DNA from: Candidatus Krumholzibacteriia bacterium
GTDB taxonomy: Bacteria > Krumholzibacteriota > Krumholzibacteriia > LZORAL124-64-63
Assembly (NCBI GenBank): GCA_046484865.1
Contig: JAWOID010000067.1
Span: forward strand, 1 to 28,245
Direction: 5' to 3'
Length of the DNA stretch: 28,245 bases
A program made the translations under genes and the position numbers. Positions 7,962 to 16,689 of the stretch are shown here, in pieces (position 1 is the stretch's first letter; every line of letters starts with the position of its first letter). Below the pieces are notes generated by a model, which was not told the DNA's origin, made no database searches, and was given only the letters and a program-made list of their open reading frames with translations.

Positions 7962-10958
7962 CTAGAACTCGTCGTCCCGGATTCCCCGCAACTCGGGGAA
8001 CGGCCCGCGTGGCCCCTCGGGGCCGTCCTCGATGGCCATGCGCAGCACCTGCGCCAGGTGCAGCGCGCGACGGTCGGTTTGCTGCCGGATCTGCTCGCGG
8101 CAGCTGAACCCGTCGGCCACCAGGATGGCGTCGTCCGGCGCCTGCCGGACCGCCGGCAGCAGCACCAGCTCGCCCGCGCCCACGGAGACGTCATAGGTCT
8201 CGCCCTTCTCGAAGCCGAACGAACCCGCCATGCCGCAACAGCCCGAGTCCAGCATCTCCAGCTCGGCATCGAGCCGCTCGAGGATCGTCCGGTCGGAATC
8301 GGTCGCGAAGATCGCCTTCTGGTGGCAATGACCGTGGAAGATCGCCCGGCGCCGCAGCGGAGGGGGACAGTAGCCGCCGGGCACGCGCTCGGCGAGGAAT
8401 TCGGCCAGCGTGTAGGTCTGCTTGCCCAGCCGCCGCGCACGCAGGTCGTCCGGGAAGAGCATGGGCCCCTCGTCGGTGAATACCGACGCACAGCTGGGCT
8501 CCAGACCCACCACCGGCACGCCCTGGTCGATCAGCGGCCCCAGTTCCCGGTAGATCTGCCGCAGGAGCTTCTTGGCCAGGTTCAGCATGCCGTGGTCGTA
8601 GAGGGGGCGCCCGCAGCAGAGCGACTTCTCCGGCACGATGCAGCGGTAACCCGCGTGCTCGAGCACCTCCACCGCGGCGCGCGCGGTGTCGGGGTGGAAG
8701 TGGTTGTTGAAGGTGTCGGGCCAGAGGATCACCGGCGGCCCGTCGGCGTTGCGCGGACCGCGACTGACGAACCACGACTTGAAGGTGGAGCCCGCGAACC
8801 GGGGAATCTGCCGCTGCGGCGCCACCCCGGCCGCCAGCCTGGCCGCGGCGCGCAGGCCGGGCGTCTGGGTGAAGAAGTTCGCCAGCGCGGGCGCCTTGCT
8901 CGCCAGCCGGGCCCACCAGTAGATCCAGCCGAATGCATAGGCGTGCCGGGGCCGCAGCCGGCGATGATAGTAATGGCTGAGGAACTCGGCCTTGTAGGTG
9001 GCCAGGTCTACGTTCACCGGGCAGTCGTCCTTGCACCCCTTGCACGACAGGCAGAGGTGCAGCGAATCCTTCACCTCCTCGTCGCGCCAGCCGCCGCGCA
9101 CGGCATCGCCGCGCATCATCTCGAACAGCAGGTGGGCGCGACCGCGGGTGGTGTGCTTCTCGTCGCGGGTCACCCGGTAGCTGGGGCACATGGTGCCGCC
9201 GCTGTCGCGCCGGCACTTGCCCACCCCCACGCAGCGCAAGGTGGCGGAGGTGAAGCTGCCCTGGTCCGACGGGTACCGGAAGTGGGTCTCGGGGTGCCAC
9301 GGCCGGTACTCCGTGCCCAGGCGGAGGTTCTCGTCGGGGCCGTCGGGATCCACCACCTTGCCGGGGTTCATCTTGCCCTGCGGATCCCAGATCGCCTTGA
9401 ACTCGCGCATGGCTTGCACCAGCTCCGGACCGTACATCCTCTCCAGCAGGTAGCCGCGAGCCACGCCGTCGCCGTGCTCCCCGGAGAAGGAACCGCCGTA
9501 GCCGTCGACCAGGTCCGAGGCCTCGTCCACGAAGGCCAGGTATGTCTCGATCCCCCGCCGGCTCTCGAGATCGAAGTCGATGCGGACGTGGATGCAACCC
9601 TGCCCGAAGTGCCCGTAGAGGGCGCCCTCGTAGCCGTACCGGTCCAGCAACCCACGGAAGTCGCGCAGGTACGCGCCCGTGCGCTCCGGCGGCACGGCCG
9701 CGTCCTCCCAGCCGGGCCAGGTGGGTGGCTGGCCTTCCAGGTGCGCCGTGGCTCCGAGGCCCGACTCGCGCAGGTCCCAGATCTCGGTCTGCTCTCCGGC
9801 GTCCGTGATCAGATCGACCTCCGGCCACGGCCCCCGCGACGCCAGCGCAGCCTGGACGGCGCGCCCGCGCTCGTCCGCCTCCTCCTGGGTCACGCCCCCG
9901 AACTCCGCCAGCAGCCATCCCATTCCCCGCGGCAGCTCGCGACGCGCCCGCCGGTTCAAGCCCTTGCGGCGGTTGTACGAGACGAGACGCTCGTCCATGC
10001 CCTCCAGCCCCAGCGGCCCGAGGGCAAGGATCTCCATCACGTCGTCGGCGGCCGCGAACACGTCGGGATAGCCCATCACCACCAGCGACCGGAAAGGAGG
10101 GCTGTGGACGAGGCGGCCGGTGCCCTCGAGGATCGTGACGCACGTCCCCTCGGTGCCCACGAGCGCCCGCGCCACGTGGAATCCGTTCTCCGGCAGCAGC
10201 TGGTTCAGGTTGAAGCCGGACACCCGCCGCGGGATGTCGCGGTAGCGCGTGCGGATGAGATCGGCGTAGCGGTCGCGCAGCAGCGCGAGCTGCCGGTAGA
10301 TCTCCACCCGGGGACCGCCCTCGGCGATGATGCGCCGGAACTCGTCCTCGTCCGTCGGCCCCACGCTCATGCGCTGCCCGTCGTAGGTGAGGATCTTTAG
10401 AGCGTGGATGTTCTCCTCGGTCTTGCCGCCCATCACCGAGTGAACGCCGCAGCTGTTGTTGCCGATCATCCCGCCCAGCGTGCACCAGGCGTGGGTGGCG
10501 GGATCGGGAGCGAAGGTGAGGTGGTGGCGATCGGCCTGGCTGCGCAGCGTGTCGAGCACGCAGCCGGGTTCGAAGCGAGCGATCCGGCGCTCCGGGTCGA
10601 TCTCCAGCACCCGGTTCAGGTGGCGGGACATGTCCATCACCACCGCCACGTTGCAGCACTGGCCGGCCAGGCTGGTGCCCCCGCCGCGGGAGAGGACGGG
10701 TGCTCCGAAATCGCGGCAGGCCGCCACGGTGGCCTCGATCTCCCCGGCGCTGCGCGGATAGACCACGCCGATGGGAATCATGCGGTAATTGGACGCGTCG
10801 GCGGCGTACAGCGCGCGGGTGCCCTGGTCGAAGTGAACGCCACCCTCCACGCGCTCGGCAAGCACCCGCCCGAGTTGCGCGGCGTCGCCGCTCCAGTCGC
10901 GCGAACGCGCTCTGGGGGTGCGGCGGCGCGCGCCGGCATCTCCGCGCTGGTCGGGCAT
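7962..10958 (-). CDS. FAD-binding, 4Fe-4S-containing 2-hydroxyacid dehydrogenase (GlcD/GlcF-type fusion, YdiJ-like)
   Basis: RGGGTSLAGQC, GGMIGNNSCG, SGEHGDG and NPGK of the FAD-linked oxidase fold; CVGVGKC...CP and CLSCKGCKDDCP Fe-S motifs; two CCG domains; GGAGG RBS. Confidence 0.88.
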   Translation of the reverse strand: MPDQRGDAGARRRTPRARSRDWSGDAAQLGRVLAERVEGGVHFDQGTRALYAADASNYRMIPIGVVYPRSAGEIEATVAACRDFGAPVLSRGGGTSLAGQCCNVAVVMDMSRHLNRVLEIDPERRIARFEPGCVLDTLRSQADRHHLTFAPDPATHAWCTLGGMIGNNSCGVHSVMGGKTEENIHALKILTYDGQRMSVGPTDEDEFRRIIAEGGPRVEIYRQLALLRDRYADLIRTRYRDIPRRVSGFNLNQLLPENGFHVARALVGTEGTCVTILEGTGRLVHSPPFRSLVVMGYPDVFAAADDVMEILALGPLGLEGMDERLVSYNRRKGLNRRARRELPRGMGWLLAEFGGVTQEEADERGRAVQAALASRGPWPEVDLITDAGEQTEIWDLRESGLGATAHLEGQPPTWPGWEDAAVPPERTGAYLRDFRGLLDRYGYEGALYGHFGQGCIHVRIDFDLESRRGIETYLAFVDEASDLVDGYGGSFSGEHGDGVARGYLLERMYGPELVQAMREFKAIWDPQGKMNPGKVVDPDGPDENLRLGTEYRPWHPETHFRYPSDQGSFTSATLRCVGVGKCRRDSGGTMCPSYRVTRDEKHTTRGRAHLLFEMMRGDAVRGGWRDEEVKDSLHLCLSCKGCKDDCPVNVDLATYKAEFLSHYYHRRLRPRHAYAFGWIYWWARLASKAPALANFFTQTPGLRAAARLAAGVAPQRQIPRFAGSTFKSWFVSRGPRNADGPPVILWPDTFNNHFHPDTARAAVEVLEHAGYRCIVPEKSLCCGRPLYDHGMLNLAKKLLRQIYRELGPLIDQGVPVVGLEPSCASVFTDEGPMLFPDDLRARRLGKQTYTLAEFLAERVPGGYCPPPLRRRAIFHGHCHQKAIFATDSDRTILERLDAELEMLDSGCCGMAGSFGFEKGETYDVSVGAGELVLLPAVRQAPDDAILVADGFSCREQIRQQTDRRALHLAQVLRMAIEDGPEGPRGPFPELRGIRDDEF

Positions 10959-10976
10959 GGCGTCCTCCCGCAGTGC

Positions 10977-11150
10977 TCAGATCTCCAGGGCGGCGGCGTC
11001 CTTCTCCTTCAGCACCAGGCCCAGGCCCGGGCGGTCCGGGTCGGGAACGAGGCAGCCCGCCTCCAGCCGCGCCAGGCCATCGAAGATCATCGCCTCCACC
11101 CGCACGTGATCGTGGTCGTACTCCAGGTGCGCGATGCGCGGCGCGCAGCG
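10977..11150 (-). pseudogene. C-terminal remnant of a mandelate racemase/muconate lactonizing enzyme-like (enolase superfamily) gene
   Basis: Reads RCAPRIAHLEYDHDHVRVEAMIFDGLARLEAGCLVPDPDRPGLGLVLKEKDAAALEI*, with the family-typical C-terminal P..RPGLG. There is an in-frame TAG just upstream and no start codon covering the remnant. Confidence 0.7.
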
Positions 11151-11206
11151 TGGCCACGGCCGCCCCCGCGGCCGCCCCCGCTATCTGTCGCGCTGCCGGT
11201 CACGGC

Positions 11207-12964
11207 TCAGATCATCTCCCGGATCTTGTCGTGGGCCACCGTGAGAGCGATCTTTCCGCGGTACGGTTCGCCGCGTATCAGCGACTTGGCGAACTGCTTG
11301 GCCTGACTCAGCTTGATCTTGGCCGGCAGCGGCGGCTCGAACGGATCGACGACGCACTCGATGACCGACGGCCCCGGATGGTCGAGCGCCTCGGCCAGCT
11401 GGTCGGCGCACGTCCTGGGGTTCTCGATCGTCATGCCGTGCCCGCCCATCGCGCGGGCGAGCGCCGCGAAATCCATGGGGTGCAGGTCCACGCCGTACTC
11501 GGGGTTGCCCAGGAACACCATCTGCTCCCACTTGATCTGGCCCAGCGTGTTGTTCTTGATGACCACGATCTTGATCGGCAACTCGTACTTCACCGCGGTG
11601 ACGAAGTCGGCCATGAGCATCGAGAAGCCGCCGTCGCCCACGAGCGCCACGCACTGGCGGTCCGGATGAGCCACCTGGGCGGCGATGGCGTAGGGCAGGC
11701 CCGGCGCCATGGTGGCCAGGTTCCCCGAGAGCGACCACATCTGGCCGCGACGGGCCTTCATCTGCCGGGCGAACCAGGTGGCGATGGTGCCGCTGTCGGA
11801 CGAGACGATGGCGTCGTCGCGCAACAGCTTGCCCAGCTCCCAGGCCACCACCTGGGGCTTCATGGGTGTGTCCTCGCGCGTCCCCCGCTCCTCCATCAGC
11901 TCCCACCACTCACGCATCTCCTTCTGGATCTTCTTGAGGAAGCTGCCGTTCCGCTTCGGCTGGACGTACGCGAGCAGGGCCCGCAGGCAGTTCTTGCTGT
12001 CGCCCACCAGCCCGGCTTCCACCGGATAACGCAGGCCGATGCGGGCGGGGTCGAGGTCGATCTGGACGCCGCGGGCCTGGCCCGGCTGCGGCAGGAACTC
12101 GATGTACGGGAACGAAGTGCCCACCATCAGCAGGGTATCGCAGTTCTCCATCGCCTCCTGCGAGGCGGTGGTCCCCAGCAGACCGATCGCGCCGGTGGTG
12201 TAAGGCGAGTCGTCCGGCACCGCCGCCTTGCCCAGCAGGGCCTTGGCGATGGGGGCCTGGAGCCGCTCCGCCATCTCCAGCAGCTCGTCGGTAGCGTTCA
12301 GCGCCCCGGCGCCGGCCAGGATCACGATCTTCTTGCCGGCATCGAGCACGGCGGCAGCGCTCCGCAGATCGTGTTCCGACGGCGTATCGGCCCGCTGCAC
12401 GCCGGCCGCCGACGTGTGCCCGGGCCTGTTGCGCTTGGAGGTCCTGGCCTCGTCCATCTCCATGTGCTGGAAATCGACCGGCACGGTGATGTGCGCCACG
12501 CCACGGCGGCTGAGCGCCATGCGGCAAGCCTGCTCCGTGACGTTGCGCATGTGGGCCGGCCCCATCACGCGGTTGTTGTACACCGCCACGTCCATGAACA
12601 GCTTGTCGAGCTCCACGTCCTGCTGGGTGTTCGTGTTGATGAGGTCGTGGAACTGGAGCCCCGTGATGGCGAGCACCGGCTGGCCGTCCAGCTTGGCATC
12701 GTAGAGGCCATTGAGCAGGTGGATGCCGCCCGGACCGGACGTGGCCACGCAGACGCCGAGCTTGCCGGTGTACTTGGCATAGGCGCAGGCCATGAAGGCG
12801 GCTGATTCCTCGTGGCGCACCTGGATGAAGCGGATCCGGTCCTGCCGCACGCGCAGGGCCTCGAAGATCCCGTTGATCCCGTCACCGGGAATTCCGAAGA
12901 TGACCTCCACCCCCCAATCGATGAGGGTTTCGACCATGACGTCACCGACAGTCATGCTGGCCAT
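11207..12964 (-). CDS. ThDP/FAD-dependent pyruvate oxidase / pyruvate:quinone oxidoreductase (PoxB/YdaP-like)
   Basis: FGIPGDG, QVRHEESAAF (catalytic Glu), SGPGGIHLLNGLYDA, SGNLATM, and the ThDP motif GDGG...KNN. ATG 12964 has a GAGGAG RBS. Confidence 0.9.
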   Translation of the reverse strand: MASMTVGDVMVETLIDWGVEVIFGIPGDGINGIFEALRVRQDRIRFIQVRHEESAAFMACAYAKYTGKLGVCVATSGPGGIHLLNGLYDAKLDGQPVLAITGLQFHDLINTNTQQDVELDKLFMDVAVYNNRVMGPAHMRNVTEQACRMALSRRGVAHITVPVDFQHMEMDEARTSKRNRPGHTSAAGVQRADTPSEHDLRSAAAVLDAGKKIVILAGAGALNATDELLEMAERLQAPIAKALLGKAAVPDDSPYTTGAIGLLGTTASQEAMENCDTLLMVGTSFPYIEFLPQPGQARGVQIDLDPARIGLRYPVEAGLVGDSKNCLRALLAYVQPKRNGSFLKKIQKEMREWWELMEERGTREDTPMKPQVVAWELGKLLRDDAIVSSDSGTIATWFARQMKARRGQMWSLSGNLATMAPGLPYAIAAQVAHPDRQCVALVGDGGFSMLMADFVTAVKYELPIKIVVIKNNTLGQIKWEQMVFLGNPEYGVDLHPMDFAALARAMGGHGMTIENPRTCADQLAEALDHPGPSVIECVVDPFEPPLPAKIKLSQAKQFAKSLIRGEPYRGKIALTVAHDKIREMI

Positions 12965-13284
12965 GATCTGCGTTCTCCTCGTGCTGGCGTGACCGGTGGG
13001 TCCGCGCACTGCGGCCGGCCGGATGGCCCGGACGGCTGCGGCCGCGGGGTCGCGCCGGCGCTTCGCCCCCCAGGCGCGGTCGGGAATGACCGCGCTCGCT
13101 CGGCGCCGACCGTCGCTGGCAAGTTAAAAGCGCATCGGCGCGTCCGCCGGGGCTGTCGCTGTCCCCCACGGCCTTTTCCGGTCTGCCCCCGCGAGGCCGT
13201 GGGGCTGCCACCGATGCTCGGCGCGGTGGCTCCTTCGTAAGGTGGCGGCGAGGCCGCATCCTGCGGTGGCGGCGAGGTCCGTGG

Positions 13285-13300
13285 CGGCGGAATCATTGCT
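13285..13300 (+). promoter_or_regulatory. Possible sigma54 (-24/-12) promoter of the ferritin-like gene
   Basis: CGGCGGAATCATTGCT: GG-N10-GC with TTGCT at -12, ~50 nt upstream of ATG 13352. Confidence 0.4.
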
Positions 13301-13351
13301 GGAAGCCCATGCCGGGGACCCAGGGTCCCCGCTTAACGGAAAGGACGAGCC

Positions 13352-13864
13352 ATGTCGATGTTCAGCGGCGCGAAGTTCGAGAAGCTGGACGATCTGTTCT
13401 GGAGCCAGATCAACGATCTCTACGATGCGGAGCAGCAGCTCACCGAGGCACTCCCCAAGATGGCCGACACGGCGCAGTCACCGAGGCTGAAGGAGGCGTT
13501 CAAGACGCATCTCAGGGAGACCGAGGGGCAGATACGCCGGCTCGAGCGCATCTACGAGATGATGGGCGAGAAGCCGAACGGCGAGACCTGCGAGGCCATG
13601 AAGGGTCTCATCAAGGAAGGCGAGGAGATCCTCAAGGCCAAGGGTGATCACCGGGTGCGCGACGCCGGGCTGATCGCTGCGGCGCAGCGCACCGAGCACT
13701 ACGAGATGGCCGGCTACGGCACTGCGCGGCATCTGGCGCAGCGCCTCGGCCATACCGAGGCGGCGGAACTGCTCCGACAGACCCTGGACGAGGAGAAGCA
13801 TGCCGACAAGCTGCTCAACGAGATCGCCATCGGCGACGTGAACGAGCAGGCGGAACGCGCCTGA
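13352..13864 (+). CDS. yciF: YciE/YciF (DUF892) ferritin-like stress protein
   Basis: DLYDAEQQL..ALPKMA, HLRETEGQ..RLE, CEAMKGLI.EG, DAGLIAAAQRTEHYEMAGYG and TLDEEK..D; AAGGA RBS. Confidence 0.9.
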   Translation: MSMFSGAKFEKLDDLFWSQINDLYDAEQQLTEALPKMADTAQSPRLKEAFKTHLRETEGQIRRLERIYEMMGEKPNGETCEAMKGLIKEGEEILKAKGDHRVRDAGLIAAAQRTEHYEMAGYGTARHLAQRLGHTEAAELLRQTLDEEKHADKLLNEIAIGDVNEQAERA

Positions 13865-13899
13865 TCCGCGTGCCCCGATGCGGGCGATCAACTCCCGAC

Positions 13900-13935
13900 C
13901 GCCGCGCCGGTTTCTTGCCGGCGCGGCGTCTCTTC
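13900..13935 (+). terminator. Probable intrinsic terminator after yciF
   Basis: Perfect 11-bp stem (CGCCGCGCCGG 13900-13910 with CCGGCGCGGCG 13918-13928), a 7-nt loop, then TCTCTTC. Confidence 0.6.
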
Positions 13936-14000
13936 GCTCCGAAACGTCCCGCCGGCAGCGGAACGCCGCCGGGCCCGACGATGCGCGGCTGTTCCGGCGC

Positions 14001-14106
14001 GGCGCGCCGGACAGTTCTTCAGTGGCGCGGTGGCCCCGTTCTCGAGTGTCGCGGCGGACAATTCTTCAGCGGCGTGCCGGACAGTTCTTCACGGGCGCGC
14101 CGGACG
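14001..14106. repeat. Intergenic 23-bp tandem repeat, ~4.5 copies (consensus GGCGCGCCGGACAGTTCTTCAG)
   Basis: Units start at 14001, 14024 (diverged, 24 bp), 14048, 14071 and 14094 (partial). Confidence 0.8.
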
Positions 14107-14121
14107 GTGCCGCGGGGCCGT

Positions 14122-14679
14122 TCAGCCGACTGGATAGAACGCGCCGAGGATGGCGCCGTAGACGATGTGCGCGACCATGACCACCAGTGGGGTCTCGTGA
14201 CCGTAGTTGAGGGCCAGGAAGCCGGGAGGTTCGAGTCGGCGAGTGGGGTCGGGCCCCTGGTCGGCGTCGGCCATGCGCGGATGGATGGCCGGCAACAGCG
14301 GCATGACGACCGTGAGGATGCTCGCGGCCTGAAGCAGGCCCAGGGCCGCGCCTCCCCACCATGTCGCTGCGCCCACCGCCTCGAAGACCGCCACGTACGG
14401 GACGGCGAACAACCAGCCCGCGACAAAGTGCAGCACTCCGCCCAGCCAGCGGGCGCGGTCGCGCCGTCCCGAGACGATGGTGCCCAGCAGGAACGGCATG
14501 CTCATGCGCGAGAGGTGCAGCCCCTGTCCGGCGGCGGAGAGGCTCGTCAAGGCCATCGTCGCCACGAAGCCCCAGACGAGCATCGCGCCGAGATCGATGG
14601 ACACGCTGTTGCGGACCTCGATGGCCGCCGTCATGAGCGCCAGCGGCAAGGCCGGCGCAGCCGGTGCCGCCGTCATCAC
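14122..14679 (-). CDS. Hypothetical integral membrane protein (~4 TM helices)
   Basis: Four hydrophobic segments, two carrying His (VLHFVAG, VAHIVYG). The start GTG/ATG overlaps the GH15 stop, with a GAGGAGG RBS. Confidence 0.75.
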   Translation of the reverse strand: MMTAAPAAPALPLALMTAAIEVRNSVSIDLGAMLVWGFVATMALTSLSAAGQGLHLSRMSMPFLLGTIVSGRRDRARWLGGVLHFVAGWLFAVPYVAVFEAVGAATWWGGAALGLLQAASILTVVMPLLPAIHPRMADADQGPDPTRRLEPPGFLALNYGHETPLVVMVAHIVYGAILGAFYPVG

Positions 14680-16616
14680 GTCCGTTCCTCCTCGGGCCCG
14701 CCGAGCGTTCCGTCACGAGCATCCCCCACGGCCTCGCGCCCATGCTGGCCGGCCAGGGCGAGGGCGGCGTTCACCAGCGCCAGGTGAGTGTACGCCTGCG
14801 GAAAATTGCCCAGCGGCTCGCCCGTACCGGGGTCGATCTCCTCGGCGTACAGCCCGACGTCGTTCGAATAGTCCAGCAAGCTCGCGAACAGCTCCGCCGC
14901 CTCCTCGGCGCGCCCCATCTCGACCAGGGACTCCACGGCCCAGAAGCTCGCGATTCCGAAGGCGCCTTCCGTGCCCTGCATGCCGTCGTCACGACTGGCG
15001 GCGTAGCGATGCAGCAGAGGGCCGTCCGCCAGCCGCTCGCGGATCAGCTCGTAGGTACGGTGGAAGCGGGGATCGGTCGCGCTCAGGTAGCCGAAGTGCG
15101 GGAGCAGCAGGAGGCTGGCGTCCACATCCTGCTCGTCGAAGTGGTAGACGTAGCTGCCCAGTTCCTCGTCGTAGCCGTGCTCCTCGACGGTGGCGCGGAT
15201 GGCCTCGCACTCGCGGCGATAGCGCTCCACGTCCACCTCGACGTGCCCGCGTTCGTGCAGGTGCAGCAGCCGCTGCAGGGCCACCCAGCACATCACCTTG
15301 GAGAAGGTGTTGTGGCGGCGACCGCTGCGCGGTTCCCAGATGCCCTCGTCCGGCTCGCGCCAGCGCCGACAGACCACGTCTCCGTAATCGACCAGGTGAC
15401 GCGCCTCGCTCTTCTCCATCCCGCCGGCGGCAGTCACGAACCGCTCGGCGGCCGCCACGATCTCGCCGTACACGTCGAGCTGGAACTGGTCCGCGGCCGC
15501 GTTGCCCACGCGGACCGGACGGGAGCCGCGATAGCCGCCCAGGTGGTCCAGTTCGCGCTCCTTCACGTCGGCGTCGCCGTGGACGTCGTACATAAGCCGC
15601 AGCTCCGGGCGGGTCAACGCCGTGGCGTGCATCAGCCAGTTGAAGAAGGCGGTGCCCTCGCCGTCGTAGCCCAAATCCAGCAGCGCGCCCAGGGTGGCGG
15701 CGGCATCGCGCAGCCAGCAGTAGCGGTAGTCGAAGTTACGGTTTCCGCCGGGGTCCTCCGGCAGGCTGGCGGTCAAGGCCGCGATCACCGCTCCCGACGG
15801 GGCGTAGGTGAGCAGCTTGAGGGTGACCAGGCTGCGCAGGACCATGGCCTCGTGCGGACCGTCGTACCGGCAGCGCGCGATCCAGCGGTCCCACCACTCC
15901 AGGGTTCCCTCGATGCGCGCGACGGCCTCGTCGCCCGGGAGCGGCAGCACCAGCGGCGACTCGCGCCCGTACGTGAGCGACAGGTGCAGACGTTCGCCCG
16001 CTCGCAAGCGGATGCGCCCGCGGATGCAGCCGCTCTCCACGTGCAGATCGTCGGGTCGATTGCTGGCCAGCACCAGGACCGCGCCGCTCAGGTCGCAGAA
16101 GACGCCCAGGGCGCCACGGTCGTCGAGCCGCGCCTCGCGGGCGCCGAACCGGGGGCGGGGCCGGCAGAGCACGTCGACCGCCACCTCGCCGGAGCGGCAC
16201 TCGGCCACGCGCAGCAACTCGTGCTCGGGGAACAGGTGCCGGAGCTTGGCGCCCTCGGTGCTCACGGGCATCAGGTCGGTCAGGCGCAGGACGCCGCCTT
16301 CGGTCGTGAAGTCCGTGTCCAGCACGGGTGCATGGCCGCGGTAGTGGCGCTCGACGCGACCGCCGCCCGCCGGCGCCACCCGGAAGATACCGCCCTGCTC
16401 CCGGTCCAGGATCGCGGCGAACACGGCGTCGCCGTCGAAGCGCGGCACGCAGAACCACTCGACGGCACCCGTGCGGCTCACCAGCGCGCCGGTACGGCAG
16501 TTGCCGATCATGGCGTAGTCGGAGATGGGGGGGAATTCGTCCGCGTCCGGTTCGCGGTCGGCGCCGGTCGGCGCGGTCCCGGCGGCGTGCCGGGGCACCC
16601 GTCGTCTCTCCCCCAT
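14676..16616 (-). CDS. Glycoside hydrolase family 15 (trehalase/glucoamylase-like)
   Basis: ISDYAMIGNCRTGALV N-domain, DYRYCWLRDA, QLDVYGE, DEGIWEPR, DASLL and GNFPQAYTH. ATG 16616 has an AAGGA RBS; alternative ATG at 16649. Confidence 0.9.
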   Translation of the reverse strand: MGERRRVPRHAAGTAPTGADREPDADEFPPISDYAMIGNCRTGALVSRTGAVEWFCVPRFDGDAVFAAILDREQGGIFRVAPAGGGRVERHYRGHAPVLDTDFTTEGGVLRLTDLMPVSTEGAKLRHLFPEHELLRVAECRSGEVAVDVLCRPRPRFGAREARLDDRGALGVFCDLSGAVLVLASNRPDDLHVESGCIRGRIRLRAGERLHLSLTYGRESPLVLPLPGDEAVARIEGTLEWWDRWIARCRYDGPHEAMVLRSLVTLKLLTYAPSGAVIAALTASLPEDPGGNRNFDYRYCWLRDAAATLGALLDLGYDGEGTAFFNWLMHATALTRPELRLMYDVHGDADVKERELDHLGGYRGSRPVRVGNAAADQFQLDVYGEIVAAAERFVTAAGGMEKSEARHLVDYGDVVCRRWREPDEGIWEPRSGRRHNTFSKVMCWVALQRLLHLHERGHVEVDVERYRRECEAIRATVEEHGYDEELGSYVYHFDEQDVDASLLLLPHFGYLSATDPRFHRTYELIRERLADGPLLHRYAASRDDGMQGTEGAFGIASFWAVESLVEMGRAEEAAELFASLLDYSNDVGLYAEEIDPGTGEPLGNFPQAYTHLALVNAALALAGQHGREAVGDARDGTLGGPEEERT

Positions 16617-16689
16617 GCGGCGTCCTTTCGCGGGGAGCGTCCGGTCCATGACCGGCAACCGCCCGTGCTCGTTCCTGCGCCTGCCCTCC

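Noticed and set aside
13117..13132. sigma54-like TGGCAAGTTAAAAGC in the poxB/yciF intergenic region
   Set aside because: The -12 element is AAGC rather than TTGC, it is far from the yciF start, and the reverse reading lacks the -24 GG.
14001..14106. CRISPR array
   Set aside because: The units are head-to-tail with no unique spacers.
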